A stretch of 52,885 nucleotides of DNA from Thermoflexales bacterium (GTDB lineage: Bacteria; Chloroflexota; Anaerolineae; B4-G1; SLSP01): NCBI GenBank assembly GCA_007125545.1, contig SLDA01000197.1:1-52885 (forward strand), given 5' to 3'. The notes below the pieces were generated by a model. It was not told the origin of the DNA and made no database searches. It worked only from the letters and a program-made list of their open reading frames with translations. A program made the position numbers and the translations under genes. Shown here in pieces: positions 17,284 through 25,274 of this stretch (within the stretch, counting starts at the first letter, position 1; every line of letters starts with the position of its first letter).

Positions 17284-20200
17284 ATGCACATCGACCTAAT
17301 TCGGAAACCGGGAGTCCTGAGCCTCGAGCTTCCACAGGCGATTCCCAGCCTCTTGCTACTGCTGGGCTATTTGCTCTGGATGGGCTGGATTTTGTGGCAA
17401 GCGCGCAAGGGCTTCCGCAAGCTCACGCCCGCCTCTGTGGCCCCCTTCCTCGTTCTGCTCACCGCGATTATGCCCCTCTACCGGCTGCTGGCGGTGAGTT
17501 CGGGCGGTGATCTCGTAGTACCCCCTGGACCGATCAGCGTATTGCCGCTGGTCTCCGCGCTCTCGATCCCCGGATTGGCGCTGATCGGGGTAATCGCCTA
17601 CATCTATGGTCCTGCGCCCGGTTTGATCGCGGGCTTGGTAGGTAGTATCGCCTGGGCACGCTATACGCCGCTTCTGCTGACCGACGGACTGGCGCTGGCC
17701 AGCTGGGGATATCTCGCCGGCACCCTACTTCATCAGCGCTTCCGGGGGGATGTCTTCAGGATTATCAGGCAACCGGTGATCGCCTCCCTGCTTGCGTCGT
17801 TGGCTACGGTGCTGCAGCTCTCACTCAGCCGGTTGTTGGCTGCGCCTCCAGCTAACAGCCTGCTGCTGATTGACTACGTTGTCATCCTCTGGCGCAACGA
17901 ACTGCCTGTCTGGCTCCTCGGAGGCCTTGTCATCGGTAGCGCCGCGCAGTTAGCGTTGTTGATTAAGCCCGCGTGGCGATTGCCCGTGAGAGGAGAGGAA
18001 TCCTCCGTCTACAGCCGATCACTGTCCGTTCAGTTTATGGCGTTTGTCGTACCGCTGGTCATCCTCAGCGTATTCTTCTCGGTGCTCGCTGTGACGAGCC
18101 GAAGTGTCGCACTCGCGCGCGAACAGGCGGTGGATCAGATGGCGCGGAGTGCTGCCGTAGCCAATGACGGCATTCTCAAGTTTCATCTGACGGGACGCTC
18201 GCTTATAGAGGCTTTCGCGGAAGAGCCACGGCTTATGAGTCCTGATCTTGAACAACAGTTGGATGCACTGGGCATCACATTGCGCGTGACGCCCTATTTC
18301 CGCCAGATGCTGCTGGTCCGCGCCTCGTCAGGCGATTTCGCGATGCTCGCAGGAGTTCCCACGCAAGACGAAATAGCCGGCCTCACCATAGATGAGCTGG
18401 AGGCCTTGCGAGCGATTGAGATATTGGGCACGGGTTCGCGAGAGACGGGTGTTTCCGTTCTCCCGATCGGAGGATCTCCCACGGCCAAGGGCTATAGCCT
18501 TGTGGCCCCGGTAAAGCCCGGCGATCCGTCCCAAGATTCGACGTTGGGATGGTATCTGGTGGGTCGGGCTAGTTTCCAGGGACAACTGGATCTTGGGCCA
18601 TCTCTATCTGCATTACAGGCATCCGGCTCGGCACCGGCGGGCGCTTGGGCTGACAGCTATAGAGGCTTTGTCGTAGATGCGTCCGGATTGGTCGTTATGG
18701 ATCCCCAAGAGAATCTGGGCCAATCCCGGCGAGCCTTTGGCGAAACCGACGGACAGTTATTCGGTGTTGTGGGTCGCGAAGGGGCTTACGATGCCTTCAC
18801 ACCTGAAGGTGAGCGGGTCCTGCAATACATCCGCAAGGTCGAGTCTCTACCTCTCTGGGTGGTCCTGGAGCTTCCTTATTTGGATGTCCTGGCAACGGCG
18901 AGTCATACAGCACAGTCGATGGTGCTCGTGCAGATCACGTTCGGGTTAGCATTGCTGGTACTCATTCCGTTTCTAGCCACCCGCATCACCCAACCTCTTA
19001 ACACTTTGGCGCAGGCAGCCAACCGAATCGCGCACGGCGATCTGCAAGGGCAGATCGCGATCGCAGGTGATGATGAAGTCTCTCAGCTTGGCGATGCCCT
19101 GGAGCAGATGCGCGTCCGGTTGCAAGAGCGGCTCAACGACTTATCGTTGTTATTGGACATCTCCGGCAAGGTATCCGCTACCCTCAATCTGGAGAAGGGT
19201 ATAGGACCGATTTTGGAAGGGGCGTTGATCGAAACGTCGGGCGTCGTAGCCCGTTTTATAACGCTGCGGGAGGATGGGAAGCAGCTGCAGCTCTTCACGG
19301 CTGGCCAGGCCACCGGGGATCTGGTGCATCTGGACCGGGCGCTCACCTCAGCGGTGGCGCGGCGCCACGAGCCTTTGGTTTATCCTGATTTGGGGCGTGC
19401 CTACCATAATCTGCATCGAGAGACGGCGCTTCGCAGTGTGGCAGCCATTCCGGTTCGGTCTCAGGGCCACACAGTTGCGATATTCTGGGTTGGCGCCGAG
19501 CACCTGAATGCATTCGATGATGCCCGCGTCAACTTCCTCACGACGTTGGCGAGCCAGGCTGCCGTCCTGATCGAAAATGCACGCCTCTTTCAGACCGCGG
19601 AAGGTGGTCGTCAGCGGCTCGCTGCCATTCTCGCCAGTACGCGTGATGCAATTCTGGTCGTAGACGGCGATGGTCACTTGCTTCTAACGAATCCCGCTGC
19701 CCAGCGGCTGTTCAACATCGATCGAAACGTCGTGGGACAGCCCGTTACCAACCTCAAGCTTCCGGAACCGCTTGCACAGTCGCTGCGGACTCAGACGACG
19801 ACGGCGCGGCGCATGCGGCGGTATCAACTGGCTCTGCCCAAGAGTCTGCGATCCTCAATGACGGGCAAAGAAGATCCGGAGTCGCTTGCACCGGTGGAGG
19901 TGCCTTTTGACGATGGTCGTACGTTCTACGCGAGCATGGCTCCGATTACAAGTGATGAAGGGTTGATGGTAGGGGTTGTTGTTGTATTGCGTGACGTCAC
20001 TCATTTCAAAGAGCTGAATGAGATGAAGTCCGAGTTCGTTGCTACCGTATCTCATGATCTCAGGGCTCCGCTGACCTTTATTCGCGGCTATACGACGATG
20101 CTGTCAATGGTCGGCGATCTCAATGACAGGCAAAGAGACTACATGCAGCGCATCCTCGACGGCATCGAGCAGATGAATGGCCTGGTGGGTGATCTACTCG

Positions 20201-20730
20201 ACTTGCGGCGAGTCGAGGCAGGAGTGGGCATTCGCCGGGAGTCCTGCCGGTTGGGCTTGATTATGGTTGAGGCAGTCGAAGCGATGCGTGCTCGGGCCAT
20301 GACCAAGGGTGTAGATCTGCGGATGCAGCCTTCTGAAGGTTCGCCGTTGGTGATGGGTGATCGGACGCTGTTGCGCCAGTCGATCAGCAACCTTGTGGAT
20401 AATGCCGTGAAGTACACACCCTCGGGAGGAGAGGTCGTCGTCAGTCTGGAAATCACCGAAGATACAGCGACGGTTCGGATTTCCGACACCGGCATCGGCA
20501 TTGCCCCTTCAGACCAGATGCGGCTCTTCGAAAAGTTCTATCGCATCAAACGACGTGAGACAGGCAGCATCCAGGGGACGGGTCTTGGCCTAGCTTTGGT
20601 TAAATCGATCGTCGAACGCCACGGTGGGCAGGTGGGGGTAGAGAGCGCACTCAACCATGGCAGTACTTTCTACATTCAGTTGCCGCTCCCCCCCGATGAT
20701 GCTCCAGGGTTATCATCGGTGAGCGCTTAG
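17284..20730 (+). CDS. Multi-domain sensor histidine kinase (polytopic N-terminus, extracytoplasmic region, HAMP, GAF, PAS, HisKA, HATPase_c)
   Basis: The first ~290 aa contain about 7 hydrophobic helices. HAMP-like: TQPLNTLAQAANRIAHGDL. H-box: EFVATVSHDLRAPL. N/G boxes: DNAVKYTP, DTGIGI, GTGLGLALV. Confidence 0.9.
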   Translation: MHIDLIRKPGVLSLELPQAIPSLLLLLGYLLWMGWILWQARKGFRKLTPASVAPFLVLLTAIMPLYRLLAVSSGGDLVVPPGPISVLPLVSALSIPGLALIGVIAYIYGPAPGLIAGLVGSIAWARYTPLLLTDGLALASWGYLAGTLLHQRFRGDVFRIIRQPVIASLLASLATVLQLSLSRLLAAPPANSLLLIDYVVILWRNELPVWLLGGLVIGSAAQLALLIKPAWRLPVRGEESSVYSRSLSVQFMAFVVPLVILSVFFSVLAVTSRSVALAREQAVDQMARSAAVANDGILKFHLTGRSLIEAFAEEPRLMSPDLEQQLDALGITLRVTPYFRQMLLVRASSGDFAMLAGVPTQDEIAGLTIDELEALRAIEILGTGSRETGVSVLPIGGSPTAKGYSLVAPVKPGDPSQDSTLGWYLVGRASFQGQLDLGPSLSALQASGSAPAGAWADSYRGFVVDASGLVVMDPQENLGQSRRAFGETDGQLFGVVGREGAYDAFTPEGERVLQYIRKVESLPLWVVLELPYLDVLATASHTAQSMVLVQITFGLALLVLIPFLATRITQPLNTLAQAANRIAHGDLQGQIAIAGDDEVSQLGDALEQMRVRLQERLNDLSLLLDISGKVSATLNLEKGIGPILEGALIETSGVVARFITLREDGKQLQLFTAGQATGDLVHLDRALTSAVARRHEPLVYPDLGRAYHNLHRETALRSVAAIPVRSQGHTVAIFWVGAEHLNAFDDARVNFLTTLASQAAVLIENARLFQTAEGGRQRLAAILASTRDAILVVDGDGHLLLTNPAAQRLFNIDRNVVGQPVTNLKLPEPLAQSLRTQTTTARRMRRYQLALPKSLRSSMTGKEDPESLAPVEVPFDDGRTFYASMAPITSDEGLMVGVVVVLRDVTHFKELNEMKSEFVATVSHDLRAPLTFIRGYTTMLSMVGDLNDRQRDYMQRILDGIEQMNGLVGDLLDLRRVEAGVGIRRESCRLGLIMVEAVEAMRARAMTKGVDLRMQPSEGSPLVMGDRTLLRQSISNLVDNAVKYTPSGGEVVVSLEITEDTATVRISDTGIGIAPSDQMRLFEKFYRIKRRETGSIQGTGLGLALVKSIVERHGGQVGVESALNHGSTFYIQLPLPPDDAPGLSSVSA

Positions 20731-20823
20731 CAGCATCAGTTCACCGCCTGAAAGTTAACACCACTCCTATCAGGAGGATGACCTCAGATCCCCTCGGCGT
20801 GCGGTTAGTGCTGGATTTATGCT

Positions 20824-21552
20824 CTACAATCGAGCAAACCGGGGACCGATGGCAGCAGTCGCACTCTCATCGGCTTGTGGACAGCAGTCGCTTATGATCT
20901 TTCGCAATTGATGTATATTGTGTTGCTTCATCGGATACCGTTGGCGGTGAGCTGTCTTGGTGAAGTAGCGGTGCTGATGCATAAACTCGAGTTGCTTCGA
21001 ATACCATACTGCATCCGATGTGGTGACTCCCGCTTTGGACATCTCGACACGCAGGGCTAGATTGCGCGAGAAGAAGTCATTGCGACCCAATACGTCCAGA
21101 TCAGCATCCGCCAGTATCTCCTCCAGGTGATTGCGAGGTCTCTGGGGCACTCTGGTCGCCAGGATCATCCCCTGCACTAGGCTGATGTGAGCCGGGTTGA
21201 AACCGTATTCCGGCAGAATCTCTGCTGCGATCCGCGCGCTAACTGTCTCGTGGTCACTGGAGTCAAGCATAAATCCAATGTCGTGGAAACAAGCTGCGGA
21301 GCAGATCAGTTGCTGTACCTCTGGTGACAAGCCCTCGTATTCGGCCAGCCACCTTGCACGCAGTGCGACTTCGTCTCTGGTGTGCCAAAGTGAGTGGTAG
21401 CAAAGCGAGGGGGTGAGATCTCTCTCCAAGCGTTCGAGTGCATAACGTTGGGCGCCCTGATAGTCGGGCGAACTGGTAGTTCGGTGTACCACTATGTCGT
21501 CCATCCTGATCTTTTTCGCATAGGGCTCCATTCTAGTATCTTTTTCGGTCAA
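20824..21552 (-). CDS. HD-domain metal-dependent phosphohydrolase family protein
   Basis: YHSLWHTRDEV ... AACFHDIGF ... ADADLDVLG gives the H...HD...D pattern. GC is visibly lower than in the neighbours (about 52% over five 60-nt lines counted by hand). Confidence 0.7.
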   Translation of the reverse strand: MTEKDTRMEPYAKKIRMDDIVVHRTTSSPDYQGAQRYALERLERDLTPSLCYHSLWHTRDEVALRARWLAEYEGLSPEVQQLICSAACFHDIGFMLDSSDHETVSARIAAEILPEYGFNPAHISLVQGMILATRVPQRPRNHLEEILADADLDVLGRNDFFSRNLALRVEMSKAGVTTSDAVWYSKQLEFMHQHRYFTKTAHRQRYPMKQHNIHQLRKIISDCCPQADESATAAIGPRFARL

Positions 21553-21718
21553 ATCAAGGATGAAATTGGCGATTTCCTACGCTGAATCGTGTGCAAAATC
21601 ACTGATCCGGTGAGTTGCGCAAACCTGCAACTCACGTATACTCGAACCATAGACCGGTGAATCGTCCCTGATTCCGCGTTGTCGCACTTGTTGATTCAAG
21701 GCGTACTATGAGACCACG

Positions 21719-24700
21719 ATGATTGGAAGACCGACCGAACGCACCTACCTGGCCGAGCTTCGTCGCATACTGGTGCAGCGCTTCAGCATCAGCGAATTGC
21801 GGACCATCTGTTTCGATCTTGGTATCGATGCCGAGAGTGTTACTGTGGGTGACTTCGGCGGCGGACCGATCAAGCCCAATTTGGTGCACGGCATGCTTGA
21901 CCATCTTGAGCAGCGCCGTCGCATCCCCGAACTCGTCACTTACATTCGCGGCGTGCGATCAGATCTGCTGACTGAGCTGGCTGCTTATGATAGCAAGCCG
22001 GTGGGTCCCAGCCCCTCCGCATCCCCTGGTGGTCACGCGGCAACACCGCTCTCTGATGCGATCGAACGGGATAATCGGCTCTTCGCGAAGCAGTGGCCGG
22101 AACTTGCAGTCCCATACTCGCCCCAGGGCGGGTTACCCGAGCCCGAGAGAGCGTGGTCGTTTGACATGCCTGGACAACCGATGGCTGCCCCGGTGATTTT
22201 GGGCCAGACTTGCCTGGTGGCTAGCCAGGAGTCGGGTCGGCGTAGCCGCGGTGCGGCCCTGCGGGCCTTTGACCTGGCTCAGGGCACCGTTCTTTGGGAG
22301 CATCGCTTTGAAGACGCTGTGGTTGCCGGTCTAACGCGCGCTTCTGAGACTCAAGCTCTTCTCAGCCTGCCAAGTCTTGGAGGAGATCTCCCTGCGTCTC
22401 TTGACCGGGAACAGGCGTCGTCCGATAGTGCGCTGGTGGCGGTGAGCCCGGCTGGGCAGCTCATCTGGTACAGCGAGTTGGATGCTCATCAAATCTCGGC
22501 ACCCGCCGCAGGTGGAGGACTGGTCGTCGTCACCGGGAGTCGTCGCGATGTGCTATTGTTCGACCTCGGAACGGGACACGAACTCGCGGCGGTGGAACTG
22601 CCGGTCGATGTGGCGCTGGTAGCGCCGGCTTGCGACCGTGAGGGTGCTTATATTCCCTGCCGAGCACCGACACTATTGGCGATCGACTGCCAGGGTGATC
22701 TCCGCTGGCGTTATGATGTCGAAGGTGTACTTGCGGGGGTACAGTTCAACCAGACGCCACTTCTCGTCTCCGAGCTTGTCATAGCAACCCTGAGTTCGGG
22801 TACGGTCGTGGCTCTCTCCCGTGAGACTGGTGCCCTTGTCTGGGAAGCCCGGGTCGGTCCACGGAGCAAGCAGTTGACTGTGCCGGTCTCGGATGGGCAA
22901 CGTGTGTATGTTGGTGCGCGCGATAGCGTTGTCGCGCTCGATCTAGCTACCGGCCGCCGAGTGTGGACCTTTCAGACCGGTGTTTATGTGACGGCATCGC
23001 CGGTACTTGCAGGAGATTGGCTGTGCATTGCCGGTCACGACCGGCACCTCCACGGTCTAGCTCATCATACAGGTACGGTGGCTTGGAGAGTCGCGCTGCC
23101 CCAGGAGATCAAGACGGCGCCGGCCTTGGCCGGTGGCGATCGAAATGGGCCCTACGCCGTTGTGGTGGATTGCACAGGTAGCGTGACTTCGTTTGCTTAT
23201 CCTGTTCCCGCATACGAGCACGAGCTAGCGAGACGATGGGAGAAGGCTGCTGCCGCGTGGGTTGCGGCAGGAGATGCCCGCCGTGCGGCCGAATCTTGGA
23301 TCCGTTGCGCCGAGCACGCTGCTGCCGATGCGGCTAAGCATCCTACTGAGCAGATCGTTGACGCTCAAGCTCGGGCTTGGATGGCGGCGGCGGAGCTCTT
23401 TGAGACGGCAGGGGCGGTAGGTGAAGCGGCACAGGCGCGTCACCGCCATACGGAGCTGCTGGGGTTGCCCGACATTGTGGCCGAGGTGCGGCATGATGGC
23501 CTGGCCTTGAGTGCGTGGTCCACGTTGGTTTTCACGGTCCGGAATAGAGGCTACGGAATAGCCCGAAATCTGGTCATCCGCCTGGCAGGGGAGCAGTTTG
23601 CATGGGAAGCCGGCGCGCCATCGACCTTAAGTGTTGAAATAGCAGAGATGCCGGTACTCGGGGCTCTGGCTGCAGGCCAGGAGCACACACACCGGGTGAG
23701 TGCACAACCCCTCGCTCATGGCGACCAGGTGCCTCTCGCTGTTCAAATCACGTATCTGGATCGGAATGGTGAGCCTCATCGCCAGGACGAAACGCTCTAT
23801 CTAAGAATCGCCCGGGATGCAGTCCAAAGTATTCCCGAGATCTTGCCCTTCGCTCCCTATGCCGGGATGGCTCCCATCGTGTTGGCCGACACGGCAGAGG
23901 TACGCCGCTCGGACTGGGGAATGAGTCTCTCCTCCGGCCTTCCTCCGGTCCTTGATCTGGAGATCCGGGTTGGACGGGGTTCACAAGATTACTCGGTGGA
24001 GTTGACGTTAGGCCGCGGCGCCGGATTTCCGCTACAGGTCTTTGATGGGTCACATATGCCGCTCTCTATCGTAGAGTGGCAGCCCAGCGGGGATTTGGGG
24101 CGGGATGGCCGAGAGCTTTTTGAGGCGCTTTTTCGTGATGCGGCTGTTCGCAAGGGATGGCACGTGGCTCGCGGGCAGGCCGAATTTCGTGATGCCGTGC
24201 GCCGGATTCGGCTACGCATTGATGATGCAGCGTCTGAGTTGTGCCGCTTGCCCTGGGAGTTGCTCCATGAAGACGAAGTGATGCTCACTGCCGGTGCCTC
24301 TACACCCTTCTCCCGTTACATCCCGGTAGACAAACCCTGGGGGCGCTCGGTGAGCACCTGGCCTATTCGCGTCTTGGGCGTCGTCGCCAACCCCCGAGAT
24401 CTCCTGCAGCGCTACGACCTCGCCCCGATTGACGTTGCCCTGGAGAAGTACATTCTGGCGCGGGCGTTTGCCGGGATCGATGGACGGCGTATCAGGCTCG
24501 ATTTTCTCAAACCGCCGGTGACACTGGAGCGGTTGAGCCGCGCGATGTTGCGCGGGGGCTACAACTGGTTGCACTTCATTGGGCATACCCGACTTAACAC
24601 CCGCCAGGCTCGGGTGGATCTGCTGATGGAGGACGATCGGGGTGCGACGCGTGCCATCGCCGACCATCTCTTCTGTCGCATGCTTGCGCATCAGGGTGTC

Positions 24701-25009
24701 CAGCCGCAGTTGGTCTACCTGTCGGCCTGCCATAGCGCGATTGGGACGGGTGACAAGAGCTTGGGAGGGCTTGCGCCGAAGCTTGTTGAGATTGGCGTCC
24801 CTGCTGTGGTCGCGATGCAGGGCCGGGTACCTGTTCGTGTCGCGCAACGGGCGGCGCACATCTTCTATGCGGGGCTCGTGGACCACGGCTTCGTCGACCG
24901 TGCTATGAACGAGGCGCGCGCTGCGCTGCTAGCAGCCGAGCTTTCAGACGTTGCTGAGCCGGTCCTTTACATGCGACTACCCTCCGGTCGTCTATGGGAT
25001 GAGGCCTGA
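21719..25009 (+). CDS. EAD-like adaptor / PQQ beta-propeller / Ig-like / CHAT caspase-like protease fusion protein
   Basis: The N-terminus reads ERTYLAELRRILVQRFSISELRTICFDLGIDAESV. At least six propeller-blade motifs are present (GTVLWEHRF, GQLIWYSEL, GDLRWRYDV, GALVWEARV, GRRVWTFQT, GTVAWRVAL). The C-terminal CHAT dyad is LHFIGH(955)T and VYLSAC(1004)HS. There is no signal peptide or TM helix. Confidence 0.75.
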   Translation: MIGRPTERTYLAELRRILVQRFSISELRTICFDLGIDAESVTVGDFGGGPIKPNLVHGMLDHLEQRRRIPELVTYIRGVRSDLLTELAAYDSKPVGPSPSASPGGHAATPLSDAIERDNRLFAKQWPELAVPYSPQGGLPEPERAWSFDMPGQPMAAPVILGQTCLVASQESGRRSRGAALRAFDLAQGTVLWEHRFEDAVVAGLTRASETQALLSLPSLGGDLPASLDREQASSDSALVAVSPAGQLIWYSELDAHQISAPAAGGGLVVVTGSRRDVLLFDLGTGHELAAVELPVDVALVAPACDREGAYIPCRAPTLLAIDCQGDLRWRYDVEGVLAGVQFNQTPLLVSELVIATLSSGTVVALSRETGALVWEARVGPRSKQLTVPVSDGQRVYVGARDSVVALDLATGRRVWTFQTGVYVTASPVLAGDWLCIAGHDRHLHGLAHHTGTVAWRVALPQEIKTAPALAGGDRNGPYAVVVDCTGSVTSFAYPVPAYEHELARRWEKAAAAWVAAGDARRAAESWIRCAEHAAADAAKHPTEQIVDAQARAWMAAAELFETAGAVGEAAQARHRHTELLGLPDIVAEVRHDGLALSAWSTLVFTVRNRGYGIARNLVIRLAGEQFAWEAGAPSTLSVEIAEMPVLGALAAGQEHTHRVSAQPLAHGDQVPLAVQITYLDRNGEPHRQDETLYLRIARDAVQSIPEILPFAPYAGMAPIVLADTAEVRRSDWGMSLSSGLPPVLDLEIRVGRGSQDYSVELTLGRGAGFPLQVFDGSHMPLSIVEWQPSGDLGRDGRELFEALFRDAAVRKGWHVARGQAEFRDAVRRIRLRIDDAASELCRLPWELLHEDEVMLTAGASTPFSRYIPVDKPWGRSVSTWPIRVLGVVANPRDLLQRYDLAPIDVALEKYILARAFAGIDGRRIRLDFLKPPVTLERLSRAMLRGGYNWLHFIGHTRLNTRQARVDLLMEDDRGATRAIADHLFCRMLAHQGVQPQLVYLSACHSAIGTGDKSLGGLAPKLVEIGVPAVVAMQGRVPVRVAQRAAHIFYAGLVDHGFVDRAMNEARAALLAAELSDVAEPVLYMRLPSGRLWDEA

Positions 25010-25090
25010 TTCGGTTGTTGTAGGTTTGCTCTCTAGCCGAAACCCCGCTTAAGTTTTCATCCCTGTCTAAACAGCGTGATTTGGCCGCGT

Positions 25091-25118
25091 TTGCGTCGTC
25101 CGTACCCTGTGATAGAAT
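25091..25118 (+). promoter_or_regulatory. Putative promoter TTGCGT-16-TAGAAT (with TGa extended -10) for the 25275 gene
   Basis: ttgcgt is at 25091-25096 and tagaat at 25113-25118, preceded by tga. This implies a ~150-nt 5' UTR. Confidence 0.45.
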
Positions 25119-25274
25119 GCGTCTCGGTCGCGCTTGTTCGCGCGCAGAGCTTTTCCTTGCTGGTCCCGTGATCACTGTCCGCAGGAAAACTGCAGTCTGA
25201 GTCCGGCTGGTACTGAGCGTTACTGCTCGCTTCCAGGTTGGATTATCAGTGAGAGACTAGATTCGGAGGTCCTA

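Noticed and set aside
21632-21904. A 90-aa minus-strand ORF overlapping the CHAT gene start, considered as a possible small partner protein such as a gasdermin-like or antitoxin-like protein.
   Set aside because: It is antisense to the well-supported N-terminal module of the CHAT protein. It has no RBS or motif and is far too short for a gasdermin.
25119-25274. The ~150-nt 5' UTR of the large glycosidase-like gene as a riboswitch.
   Set aside because: I could find only short, weak stems and no motif I recognise from known riboswitch classes. A covariance-model scan would be needed, so I make no claim.
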